From: a virus
IMG/VR virus record: IMGVR_UViG_3300045256_000567
Strand: one strand, 5' to 3'
DNA: 64,000 nt
Part shown: positions 20,756 through 31,400 of the stretch, in pieces
Layout of the letters: each line of letters opens with the position of its first letter
Position numbering within the stretch: position 1 is the first letter of the stretch
Notes under the pieces: model-generated
Databases searched by the model: none
What the model was told of the DNA's origin: nothing
What the model saw: the letters and a program-made list of their open reading frames with translations, nothing else
Program-made: the position numbers and the translations under genes

Positions 20756-22675
20756 TTAATATACTTCAAAGAATATAGTAATATAATCTATATTAACAAA
20801 AATATTTGTTGTTGCACCAACAAACCTTAATATAAAATATGGACTTGGACCAGAGTTAATATTATAATTATAAGAAAGCAAAGAATTGTTGTTAAACAAA
20901 TTATTAAATCCAAAACTAAACATTTGTTGTGTAGATGTTGATGCTGGAGAAGAAATTAACGAAGTACTTGAAAAATTTACACCATCAAGCCATTCTAGAT
21001 CTAATGTAAATGGTGTATCAGAAATGTTGCTACCAGTTGTTATATATACACGAAGTTTCATGGATATTGATTTAATAGAAGTAATTCTTCCATTTTCGGT
21101 GATTATAGGAAGAATAGGAATTACTATATAATTATTTGTACTTCCACTTTGTAAAAGTGTTTTGTATATTGATACAGTTCTCCATTTAGGCGGTGGATTT
21201 ATAGCTTGTGCAATATTAATCATGTTTTGATATGGAGTAAGAGCATTCGAAGAGGGGGAGAAGTTAATGGTATTTTGATTAACAACATTTATTTGACCAA
21301 GTAATACATAATCTCCAGTAACCGATTGAGTATTAGGAACAATAAGTAAATGTGGCCTTATATTAAGAATAGATGCCTGTGATGTAACTTTAGATAATGA
21401 ATTGTAAAAAGTTTGACCAAGTTCAGGAGAATCTATGTTTTTTACATATAAGTTATATATTTGAGAAGAAGTTGGATTTGGTATTTTTAATGTACCGCCA
21501 AATTTTCCAGCAAATGTAATATTATTTGGCATATCTAAATTTACACTTATTGGTAATGGTGTAGTTAATACATAATCAAAAGCATAAACAGAAGAATCCG
21601 GTCCAGGCAAAAATCCAGAATTAATATTTATTGTTCCATCTAAACTTATTTGTAAAACATCTACGGCCAATAAAGAACTTAGATTTGATAAATTTTTTAG
21701 TGTTCCGCTTGTTTTATCTAGTGTGAGAACGTTTATATAGCTTAAAGTTTCTGAACTCAAATTTTCAAAAGGTAAAGAGAACTGAGAAATAGTTACATTA
21801 TTAGAAGAAAACTGTTTATTAGAAAGTTTTTCCAAAAAGTAGAAAGAAACTTTATCCCCATCATTTATTAACAAGCTTGATAAATATAAATATATTTTAT
21901 TTGGAGAATCATCGCTTACTTTGTATAATATTTGAGTATTATAAACAGGTACATCCTTTGGAATATGATAATAAGAAGTGTTTACATTATTGTTTACAGT
22001 TGATTCAATTTCAAGAACAAGATCTTTGTTTGTAACAGAGCAGTTCATCAATGGAAACTCTATGTAACAATTAGATGGGTCGTTATTTACGCAGAAATTA
22101 CTTTTAAAATCACTCCACAATATCTTAGTTACTATATCTTTATTAAATTTTCCGTTTATGTCCTTTGGCAATGGACTTATTTTTCCTTGTCTTATCTTAT
22201 TAAAAGATACGTCTGTATAATTTAAATTTTGATTAATATTATAATCAGATTTAATTTGTGGGTGACCATTTACGTATACAAATGAAAATAAACCACTAGA
22301 ATAAGAAACTACATTTTCTGATGATAATATGGAATTTGGAACTTGTATCGGATTTGAAACAGAACCATTTAAAGGTACGTTGTCGTCGTATATAATGCTA
22401 TAGGTTAAACATTCATTATAATCATGCTTCGTAATTCCCTCTTTATCTAAGTATATAAATTTTTTATTATTACCCAAAGAAACATCAAGGAAATAATCAT
22501 TTCCTATAACATTTATATTAAAATTAAATATATTTGTTATTGGATCGTCACCAAAATATCCCTCTCCAAATACTCTTCTTATAGAATCCAATAAATCATC
22601 TGTATTTATGTTTGCTAAATTTAAAACATCAGATGCCCTTAAAAATTTTAGTTCTGTAGGATTAAACTTTTTCAT
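20756..22675 (-). CDS. Putative baseplate/tail-associated structural protein
   Basis: 639 aa, coupled to the baseplate J-like gene; FLRASDVLNL N-terminus; beta-rich. Confidence 0.55.
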   Translation of the reverse strand: MKKFNPTELKFLRASDVLNLANINTDDLLDSIRRVFGEGYFGDDPITNIFNFNINVIGNDYFLDVSLGNNKKFIYLDKEGITKHDYNECLTYSIIYDDNVPLNGSVSNPIQVPNSILSSENVVSYSSGLFSFVYVNGHPQIKSDYNINQNLNYTDVSFNKIRQGKISPLPKDINGKFNKDIVTKILWSDFKSNFCVNNDPSNCYIEFPLMNCSVTNKDLVLEIESTVNNNVNTSYYHIPKDVPVYNTQILYKVSDDSPNKIYLYLSSLLINDGDKVSFYFLEKLSNKQFSSNNVTISQFSLPFENLSSETLSYINVLTLDKTSGTLKNLSNLSSLLAVDVLQISLDGTININSGFLPGPDSSVYAFDYVLTTPLPISVNLDMPNNITFAGKFGGTLKIPNPTSSQIYNLYVKNIDSPELGQTFYNSLSKVTSQASILNIRPHLLIVPNTQSVTGDYVLLGQINVVNQNTINFSPSSNALTPYQNMINIAQAINPPPKWRTVSIYKTLLQSGSTNNYIVIPILPIITENGRITSIKSISMKLRVYITTGSNISDTPFTLDLEWLDGVNFSSTSLISSPASTSTQQMFSFGFNNLFNNNSLLSYNYNINSGPSPYFILRFVGATTNIFVNIDYITIFFEVY

Positions 22676-24735
22676 TTCCTCCGCACCCCAATGTTGTACT
22701 TAGAGTAGAAATCTTTATTTATTATATTAGAATAAGAAATTCTGCAAACTTCTTTTTCTTTAGAAAAAGAATCCAGATCTTTGTACTGTATATATTGCAC
22801 ATCATTTAGTAAAGTATATAATAACTTTATTTCGTAAGAATTGCTTGAGCAGAATCCTGTTGTATCGTTTATTAAATTCTCACATAATTCGATATCATTG
22901 TCTGATGGTATAGGAAGAGTAAGGAATTTTATTTTTAAATAATTTGCTTCTACTGGATCAATACTTTCTACTGCTCTTAAACTCAAGCCTATTTTTGTAA
23001 AAGTGTTTAAATAATTTGATGCATTATTAAATGCTACTGAAGAAACCTCCTTAAAACATAGGTCTAAAGGCTTATTTTTACAATTAGTTTTAATTTCATT
23101 AATAAAATTAGTGTAATAATACCTATTTACACTATCTCCTAAAATATCCCCGTAAATATTGTTCAATATTTTTTCAACTATAGTTTTTTCCTGATAACGT
23201 GGTGCTTGTAAAAATAAATTACCGCCCGTTAAAGAAAATTTAGATAGGTAAGATATGTAGTTGTTGTAAGAATTAAAACCATTTTTAGAATATACGTATA
23301 ATGCCAATTTTCCTTGGTTAACAATATCTAAATATTCTGAATATGTAAAATATTGGGAGGGGTCAGAACACTTAGTAGGAATTTCGCTCAAACTGTTTGG
23401 AACAACATCATTATAGTAAGTCATGCATATAAAATTTTTATAAGTATTTTTATATAATTCAAATAATTCTGGGGTAAGGGAAAATCCCAAATATATATTA
23501 TTTACATTAAATTCATTGCTTAATATTTGCCAAATTTTTGAATAACTAATTTCTTCTCCAAGATCAAGTTTATTTAAATTATCTCCTAAGTATTGTTTTA
23601 GTCTGTTAATATCATTGTTAGATGATATGCTATCTGTTTCAAGAATTACATTAAATAAGTTGTTTTTCGCTAATCTTATGTTAATTATTGTTCCTGCCGG
23701 TTTAACGTCTTCAAGTTGCGACAAAAGCAAAGGTAAAAAGTTAGATATTGAACTAGAAGAAGTTATATATAAATCCAGTATTCCAGGATTATTTGTAGTG
23801 TATAATTGCGCTGAACTATTAGGAAGAAGTGTATATATTTTTGTTTGTATTGCTTGCAGAGTGCCTTTTGTTAAAGATCCTAAAAAGCTCCAATACCTTT
23901 GCCTATATGATTCATCGCTTTCCTCATCTATGCCTCCATTAATTTCAGAGCTATAGGCTAAAGTAAGCATCCCTCCTTCTACTTTTGCTATGGAATCAAT
24001 ATCTACAACAAGCTCGTTTGTAGGTAAGGAAGTATTTAATACATAATCAAAATTATTTTCTACTAAAAATTTAAAGTTTCCAGCATTTACAAAAGTATTA
24101 ACAACTCCACTACTAATATTTTTATTGCTTCCAGTATCAATAGAAATTAAAGGAAATACTAAATATTTGATATAAGAATTTGGATTTTGCTGTAATATAG
24201 ATATTGTATAGTTAGCTATCAATTCTGCTATTTTTTGATTTCCAGTGTCTGGATTTACTTCAAAAAATGATTCATCTGTTGCTTGTAAAAGTTTTATTGG
24301 AGGAAGTAATGCATAATCAAATATTCCATTAGTTGTAGATACTTTTATTGTAGAAGCTAAAGGTGGAGTATAAAGAACTCCAGAGTTCACGTCAAGTCTA
24401 CTAAATACTAACTTTGATAAAGAACTTGAAGTTATAGAATCAGATATATTAAAGCTTACAGGCATTAGGGTTACATATCCTAATGCTCTTGTTCCTTTTA
24501 TTCTTTCAATTTTAGATAATCCATAAATTAATTGATCTAAGTAAGATCCTGTAGCAGTATGCACATAACTATTATTTTTTATTTCATCTATAGATGAATA
24601 TACCTCTTCTAAAGCAGTTGAAACACTATAAAACATTGATTTTATAACGCTTCCATTTCTTAGAGCGTTAATTTTATTTTGTATAGTTAAAAATAAACTC
24701 TCTATAGAAGAAAGTATTTCAAATCTATCTGGCAC
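22672..24735 (-). CDS. Baseplate J-like wedge protein
   Basis: GSVIKSMF, TATGSYLDQL...IERIKGTRALG, GGIDEESDESYRQR, KGTLQAI and KPAGT motifs. Confidence 0.88.
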   Translation of the reverse strand: MPDRFEILSSIESLFLTIQNKINALRNGSVIKSMFYSVSTALEEVYSSIDEIKNNSYVHTATGSYLDQLIYGLSKIERIKGTRALGYVTLMPVSFNISDSITSSSLSKLVFSRLDVNSGVLYTPPLASTIKVSTTNGIFDYALLPPIKLLQATDESFFEVNPDTGNQKIAELIANYTISILQQNPNSYIKYLVFPLISIDTGSNKNISSGVVNTFVNAGNFKFLVENNFDYVLNTSLPTNELVVDIDSIAKVEGGMLTLAYSSEINGGIDEESDESYRQRYWSFLGSLTKGTLQAIQTKIYTLLPNSSAQLYTTNNPGILDLYITSSSSISNFLPLLLSQLEDVKPAGTIINIRLAKNNLFNVILETDSISSNNDINRLKQYLGDNLNKLDLGEEISYSKIWQILSNEFNVNNIYLGFSLTPELFELYKNTYKNFICMTYYNDVVPNSLSEIPTKCSDPSQYFTYSEYLDIVNQGKLALYVYSKNGFNSYNNYISYLSKFSLTGGNLFLQAPRYQEKTIVEKILNNIYGDILGDSVNRYYYTNFINEIKTNCKNKPLDLCFKEVSSVAFNNASNYLNTFTKIGLSLRAVESIDPVEANYLKIKFLTLPIPSDNDIELCENLINDTTGFCSSNSYEIKLLYTLLNDVQYIQYKDLDSFSKEKEVCRISYSNIINKDFYSKYNIGVRRK

Positions 24736-24746
24736 AAATAGATTAT

Positions 24747-24768
24747 AGCATAGCTTGCAGAAAACCTA
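24747..24768 (+). mobile_element. IS200/IS605 left-end scar forming the baseplate-J promoter (TGCTATAAT, 6 nt before GTG)
   Basis: TTAT|AGCATAGCTTGCAGAAAACCTA. Its last CTA is also the TAG stop codon of ORF 24766..25266. Confidence 0.75.
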
Positions 24769-25266
24769 ACTTTTGCAAATATTATAGGATCTATCTCCAG
24801 AGTCAAAAGAATTTACAGTTAAAGAATTAGAAAAAGTTCTACTTAAAGCATAAGCCTCTATTTCGTCAAATAAAAAATTAACTTTTATCACATACGGAAA
24901 ATTACTTAAATATTTTACAAAATTATCTATCGTATAACTTTTTATATAAAAATTTACTTCGTTATCTGTAATATTTTTTAAACTATATATAATTTTATTT
25001 TGATCAAAATTTAAAAAATATAATTTGTTTACTATTTCATTTTTTGCTGATAAAACATCTACAGATAAATTTTTAAATTTTAAAAATAAATACTCATTAC
25101 TAGAGTAATATTGATATGCAGAAGAGAAAAATGATATTTCAGTATTACCAGAATTCACGCTATATGAAGTAAATATTAAAAAATTTGAATAAGAAGTAGG
25201 AAGTTGTATATTCTGGTCTACAGAAAAATTTACAACTCTTCCTTGTGAGCTAGATATTGTAAACAT
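24766..25266 (-). CDS. Hypothetical protein
   Basis: 166-aa ORF in the operon. Confidence 0.65.
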   Translation of the reverse strand: MFTISSSQGRVVNFSVDQNIQLPTSYSNFLIFTSYSVNSGNTEISFFSSAYQYYSSNEYLFLKFKNLSVDVLSAKNEIVNKLYFLNFDQNKIIYSLKNITDNEVNFYIKSYTIDNFVKYLSNFPYVIKVNFLFDEIEAYALSRTFSNSLTVNSFDSGDRSYNICKS

Positions 25267-25271
25267 AAAAA

Positions 25272-25640
25272 TTATTTGTCATTTTTCTTTGTGACTTTTT
25301 TTGATTTTTTGGAGTCAGAATTGTTGTTATCTTTGCTATCTTCAGGAGAAGGTTCTATATTTTCAGATTTTACGTTTTCAGTATCTGTTTCTTGGTTATT
25401 ACTAGTATCACTTTGATTTGTGGTGTCTATTTTTTGAGTTTGTTCTTCTTCATTTATTACTTCGTATTGAGTAATAAATTTCATGCTTTTTAAGTTTTCT
25501 AAGAAATTAACTAAATCTTGTTCGGTTGCTGGGTCTGCTTCCAAATAAAGATCTTCATTTTCTTTGTAGACTTTGTATACCAGTCCTTTATAAAACATTC
25601 TTAGTTGAACGTAAGGATTTAACTTTACTTTCTTTCTCAT
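25272..25640 (-). CDS. Hypothetical protein with acidic/low-complexity tail
   Basis: 122 aa; TATAAT and GAGGG upstream. Confidence 0.7.
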   Translation of the reverse strand: MRKKVKLNPYVQLRMFYKGLVYKVYKENEDLYLEADPATEQDLVNFLENLKSMKFITQYEVINEEEQTQKIDTTNQSDTSNNQETDTENVKSENIEPSPEDSKDNNNSDSKKSKKVTKKNDK

Positions 25641-25662
25641 ATTTTCCCTCTTTTGTATTATA

Positions 25663-25842
25663 CTACATTTTCGATTTTTTTCTGTACTTTTTGTACTCTT
25701 CGTTCCAATCTTTTACACTGTACTCACTGTTTTCTGTTTTCTTTTGTAAGTAAAAACTTATTAAGTTCTGCACTTCCTTTAAATCTTTTTTATTTTGTAA
25801 AATTTCTAATTTTCTTGAATACCAACTTTTTAAAGATTCCAT
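25663..25842 (-). CDS. Small hypothetical protein (59 aa, not in ORF track)
   Basis: MESLKSWYSRKLEILQNKKDLKEVQNLISFYLQKKTENSEYSVKDWNEEYKKYRKKSKM*. AGGTG upstream; fills the operon gap exactly. Confidence 0.65.
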   Translation of the reverse strand: MESLKSWYSRKLEILQNKKDLKEVQNLISFYLQKKTENSEYSVKDWNEEYKKYRKKSKM

Positions 25843-25849
25843 ATCACAC

Positions 25850-27754
25850 CTAAAGAAGAGTATACAACTCTATTGAATAATTTGATGAATTTATAGCAGT
25901 TGAAGAAAACTGTACGGTATGGGTAGTAGAAGGAACTAGAGAAGTCACATAAGATATTATACTACTACCGATTTTTAATATTGCAAGTATTTTCACAGGT
26001 TCAGAAAATTCAATTGTTGAAATTAAAAGGTTTCCGGCAAGTCTAGTGTCATGTTGTATTAAAGATATAGCGTTTGATTCTTTAATTGCTTCTGTTTTGT
26101 AACTAGAAATTAATGAAAGATTGTAAAGTGTTATAGTAGAACGCAAAGATGGAAGTATTAATTTGTAACTTGTTGGTACATAAGTCAAGGAATCTAAAAC
26201 TGTACCATCAACCCCAAGGGTTAAATATTTTTGTAAGTCTTCTCCAAGAAAGAAAGATATAAAAATATTTTTATAAATATCATTTGTATATATGCGGATA
26301 TAATTTGGAGACAAACTATATATTGGATTATATGAATTAGATGTTACGTCTCCATTTATTGATACAGAACTTAGTGAATAGTAGTTAGAAATAAGAAAAT
26401 TATTAGCTTGTGATATTAAGCTATTTATCTGTGTTAAATACGAAGCATCAAAATTATTTTTATAAATATTTAGATAGGTTTTTATTAATGCAGCTTGTAA
26501 AGGATCAGAAATGTTAGAATATTTTGTATTTACGTCCCACCCTACTGCATTTTCATCAAAAAATACTCTTTCTATTTCTTTAATCCAAGGATTTATATTT
26601 TCATTTGAAATATCTAGAATATTTATGAAAAATAAGTTAGTGCCCAAGGAATATATAGAAGGAAGAGTAAAAGTATTTTGATTGTAAATAATAGAATCAG
26701 GAAGCAAAGAAGCATTAGTATTTGGTATAGGAAGTTTTGGATAAAAAACACCAGAAGAAAGAGAAAAAGTTTTTAAAAAAATTAATATATCACTATAAAT
26801 GTTATAAGAAATAGTTAATAAATAAGGAATTTTTGTTGCTGTATATATAGATAATAATATATCTAGTATACTTACTTCTGCGCTTATTGGCTCATATTGT
26901 AAATTATTTTCATTATAATAGTATTCTTTATAAAGTAATTTATTTGCTGCTTTAGGCAATGAATTATATGTAGAAAATTCAGTAAAAGTAGATTCATTTA
27001 AAGAAGAAAGTATATTTGTTGAAAATAAATAAGATAAAATAGAATATCCAGATAAATAATATTTGTTTGTATTTGGTAAAAATCTATATTGCGAAGGGAA
27101 TTTAAAGTCGGTTAAAATTTGCAACTTATTACTTCCTATGCCTCTCCCAAGATAGAATAAAGTAATGTTGTTAGAAACAATAGATGATATAGATTTATAG
27201 ATAGATGTTTGCCTATAATTAGGATTACTAAAATATAAACCGCTAAAAATTTCTCTAAATAAGTAAGTTTCTCCTACCACCTGGTTCAATGGATTATAAT
27301 AAGTAGCTGTATATCTTTGATCTAGTGGTATATATCCAAGTTTTAAATCTTCAGTAGAATAAATAAATTTACTGTTTGCAGTTAATGCTATATACGAAAC
27401 GGTTTGGTTTACAGATTGGTAAGACAATTCTAATCCATCTAAATTAGAGGGCAAAAAAGTTTCATATAATAATTGATCATTAGAATTATAAATTCTAATT
27501 GAATAATTATTGGAAACTTGAATAGAGTTTGGATTTTTTATTTTTATTACAAATGTTTGGTTTAAATTATTTGTATCATTTAAATTGCCGGAAAGTAATT
27601 CAAAATAAATTCCGTCAGACAACACGCTAGTGCACAATGAGTTGTTTATAGAATAGTTTTTATTTAAATAAAACTTATTATTTTTATTTGTTAAAATAAA
27701 GCACTCATCAGATCCATATGAGCTAAAGAAATTTATAGCTTTAACCAAAGACAT
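25850..27754 (-). CDS. Hypothetical structural protein
   Basis: 634-aa N/S/Y/I-rich ORF at the head of the minus-strand block. Confidence 0.65.
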   Translation of the reverse strand: MSLVKAINFFSSYGSDECFILTNKNNKFYLNKNYSINNSLCTSVLSDGIYFELLSGNLNDTNNLNQTFVIKIKNPNSIQVSNNYSIRIYNSNDQLLYETFLPSNLDGLELSYQSVNQTVSYIALTANSKFIYSTEDLKLGYIPLDQRYTATYYNPLNQVVGETYLFREIFSGLYFSNPNYRQTSIYKSISSIVSNNITLFYLGRGIGSNKLQILTDFKFPSQYRFLPNTNKYYLSGYSILSYLFSTNILSSLNESTFTEFSTYNSLPKAANKLLYKEYYYNENNLQYEPISAEVSILDILLSIYTATKIPYLLTISYNIYSDILIFLKTFSLSSGVFYPKLPIPNTNASLLPDSIIYNQNTFTLPSIYSLGTNLFFINILDISNENINPWIKEIERVFFDENAVGWDVNTKYSNISDPLQAALIKTYLNIYKNNFDASYLTQINSLISQANNFLISNYYSLSSVSINGDVTSNSYNPIYSLSPNYIRIYTNDIYKNIFISFFLGEDLQKYLTLGVDGTVLDSLTYVPTSYKLILPSLRSTITLYNLSLISSYKTEAIKESNAISLIQHDTRLAGNLLISTIEFSEPVKILAILKIGSSIISYVTSLVPSTTHTVQFSSTAINSSNYSIELYTLL

Positions 27755-27768
27755 AATTGTATTATATA

Positions 27769-28254
27769 ATGAAGAAGAGAAATATGGTAGACTTAATAGG
27801 AGTTTTATTATTAATTTACAATTTATTTACATTTGGTCAGCCAAATGATATTAAATATTCTTTTTCTATATCTTTAGATATTCAATATCAAACAGATATA
27901 TCAGCTAGCTTAGGATTAAAGGTTGATCCCGTTCTTATTTACGAAATAAATGATAAAAATAAACCATATTGCGGAATGTTTTTTTATAATGCAATTGTTT
28001 TAAATGATGCTTCCATGGGTAAATGTGAAGATACTCTATCTCATGAATTAAACCATTGGAAACAAAGGCAAGCAGTAGGGCCTTTTATGTTTTTAGGAAA
28101 TTATTTGCCTTGCAACAATAATCTTCCTCACGATATAGATGGAATTTGGTGTGCACATCCAAATTTCACTGATAGAAACATGCTACTTCCAAAAGGTTTA
28201 AATTACCCACTTTTTGAAATAAAGATACCACTTTTTTGGGATACATCTAAATAG
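27769..28254 (+). CDS. Small exported/membrane-anchored zincin metalloprotease-like protein
   Basis: Basic-then-hydrophobic N-terminus MKKRNMVDLIGVLLLIYNLF; DTLSHELNHWKQ (HExxH); ATG at 27769. Confidence 0.65.
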   Translation: MKKRNMVDLIGVLLLIYNLFTFGQPNDIKYSFSISLDIQYQTDISASLGLKVDPVLIYEINDKNKPYCGMFFYNAIVLNDASMGKCEDTLSHELNHWKQRQAVGPFMFLGNYLPCNNNLPHDIDGIWCAHPNFTDRNMLLPKGLNYPLFEIKIPLFWDTSK

Positions 28255-28259
28255 ATATT

Positions 28260-28447
28260 ATGGGAACATTCTACTCCAAAGACGGTCCAATACAAACTGA
28301 AAAAGACTACGATGTCGTGAAAAGGGTTCCAGAAGGGCAGGTAGTCTATAACTCTAAATTTCCTAACCTTGTTTTTTATCAAAACCAAGTACTTCCAATG
28401 AGAAATGGAGTAATTGTAAACTACCAAGATTCTGATTGGGTAATGGA
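28260..28447 (+). repeat. Left arm of a 188-bp inverted repeat (partner 37828..38015)
   Basis: Base-by-base identical except for one synonymous mismatch (28355 vs 37920). Confidence 0.95.
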
Positions 28448-31400
28448 AAATTATCAAAATTATTTAAGCAAATATAGTCAAAAGCAGCCTACTACACCAA
28501 TTAAACAAACCGAAGCTCCTTTATCAGAAGAAAATACTAGTAAAAAACTAATAGACCTTATTAGAGAAATAAATGCAATGCAGGACTTAGAAGATGTTAT
28601 ATCTCTAAATAATGAATTTTCTGATGCAGATTTAAAAAAATTAGAAGAAAAATATGGTATATATACTTCTTCTAAAGGAGAACTACTGATAAAAGAAAAC
28701 GCAAGTTTTGAACAAATTAAAAGCTTAGTCACCCTTTTACTTAGATATGAAGCTTATTTATTTACAGGAAACAAGGATATTTTTAAAAAAGATTCAGAAT
28801 TAGGACATTCTGATATATCCTTATTGGCGAAAAAAGAACTTAAAAAACTATTACATATTCCTATTCCTATTATTTATGAAAAATCAGGAAATACAAATGA
28901 AGCTATTAGTTATGCTATTAGCTCTATATATGATAAAAATATGGAATTTGATGAACTTGATATTGAATTAGCATCTATTATTTCAGAAAAAGGAAAAGAA
29001 TATTATAAATCTAAAAATAAACCATATTTTTCTATAAACCTAGAAAAAAATCAGCTTTCTATTGAAGCTGCTTCAAATTTAATGAAGTTTATACCATTTT
29101 ACTTTAAAGATTATTTAGGATTTGAAGGGGAAGATGATTTTATTGAAATAGAACAAATGATTAGTGCTATCCCTTCAGCAATATTTGGAAAAGACTTAAT
29201 TGATTTTTTATATAGCAAAAAACCAGAAATATCAAGATTACTTAAAAACTTTTTCTCCGACCAGAGTACAGGATTAATATATTCAACATGGGAATCTCTA
29301 AGAAAGTATGAATTTAGTAAATATGATAAAACTACTTTTTTGCTTAGTCTTTATGATTCTATGTTAGAGCAAATTGATAGAGAAATAAGAAAACTGTCTT
29401 TTATAAGTACAAATGCAGATGGAAAAAGCGATGCAATGTTTAATGCAGTTAAAGGAATTTTATCAGCATATTTATCAAACTCTGTTATGTATATAATGAA
29501 AAATCAAGATCTTCTTGATGACTTGAGATCAGTTAGACCAGACGAAGGATATAGCATTTTATCAGATAAGTTGATAGAATTTGAAAAAAATAACAATTTC
29601 CTATTCTTATCACGAGCACTCTCGCCTAGAAATCAAAGTACATTAGAAGCTAAAATTCTATTAGGATTTTTTTCAAATGAAAATTTAGATAACCAAAAAA
29701 TTAAAGATTTTCTACAAAAAGATATAAAAGATATAAAAGCTAAAAAAGATATAAAAAACTATGATCTATATTTACAAGATATAGAAAAAATATTTACCGA
29801 TATATTAAATCCAAGCTACAGGTTAAGAGATGAAATACAACAAAGAATAGAAGATTCTTTTGGAAAGGCGCACCCATATGTTAAAAATAAAGAAATTATT
29901 AGCGTACTTCCTTTTATTTTTTCAAATTTAAATAATCCTGTAATTTCTTCTGGCATAGACAAAGATTTTTTGAAGGGAGTTATGAACATTATAACTGAGG
30001 AAATAAGTAAGACACTACAAAATCCTTCTTTTAGTGATGACCTTAAAGAATATTTTGAATCTTTATTAGAAGAGACTTCAAACTATTTTAAAGATGAAGA
30101 TATAAAAAGCATGTCAAAGTTTCTGGTAAGTATATTACTTTCTACTAACGAAACAAATACTCCGGAAAATACAGAAAAAGTTAACGAATTGTTTAAAAAA
30201 ATGATGCAAAAACTTAAAAATTCAACATCAACTACAGAATTTGTCGAAAATTCTGAATTCATTTCTGAAACAGTAAAAATGTTTGAAGATTTATTTCATC
30301 CTCAATACAACGCTTACATAGGTTTTATTGAAATGAAACAAAGCTTGAATATATTGCATCTAAAAAAAGAGTTATATCAAGAATTGGTTGATTTAGAAGA
30401 ATCAAACTATACCTTGGCTTCAGCATTACAAGAATCACTGCTACAAAGAAAAGATAGTTTAATCTATCCTACAGGATATGAAAATTTCCAAAGCGATCAA
30501 GATAAAAATATAGCCGCAAAAAAAGAAAGAAAAGAATTTATAGATAATGCTAAACTTCGTTCAGTAGAAGTACTGAAGGAGGCAATAGATAAATTAAAAA
30601 ATAAAGATTTTACTACAACAGAAAGGTACGTTGGTGAGGAATTAGAAAAAAGAAAAAAAGAGCTGATAGGACAACTGTCTTATATTGCAAATTTTATAAA
30701 TTCAGAATATAAAACAGAACCTTTATATAAACTTAATGAAGCATTTTATAATGCACTCGATATTATAAAAAGTATGTATCAATTTTCATCTGATAAAAAA
30801 ACTAGAGATACTTTAATAAGCATTGGTGCTGAAGTTTTTTATTCCAAGTTTTCTATTTCGGATATATTGATGGAAAATAAAAACAATACAAACTTTACTA
30901 TATCTGTTTCAAGTGGTTCTCCAAGCACACATATTTCTGGGCATATATTTCTTATGAAATTAGTAAAAGATTTAGATAGATACAAAGAAATAGCAGTTAG
31001 TTTTACGAGTAAATATTCAGCGATACCATTACTGACCATATCTAAATATAATCAAAAAAGGACTCCTATAATTAATATTTCCAGAGATTCAGAAAACAAA
31101 CTATATATAGATTTTGCGCACTCCATATTTTATCCTTATTATGGAACGTCAAGCTCTAGCGATCAATTTGCAGTTAGTGAATCGGTAATAAAACCAAATA
31201 TTATTTCTTCTCAAAATATTCCTAGTAACTTATCGAATAGAATTTCTTCAACAAATTTTTATGATAATATACCAAGACCGCTACTTTCATCAACAAAAAC
31301 ACAGGAAATTTCTTTAGATTCTTTAAAAGAACTTTTGTTTTCAGGCCCAAAAACATTAGAAAGAATGTCATACGCAGAATCAATGGTTTGTAATTTTCCT

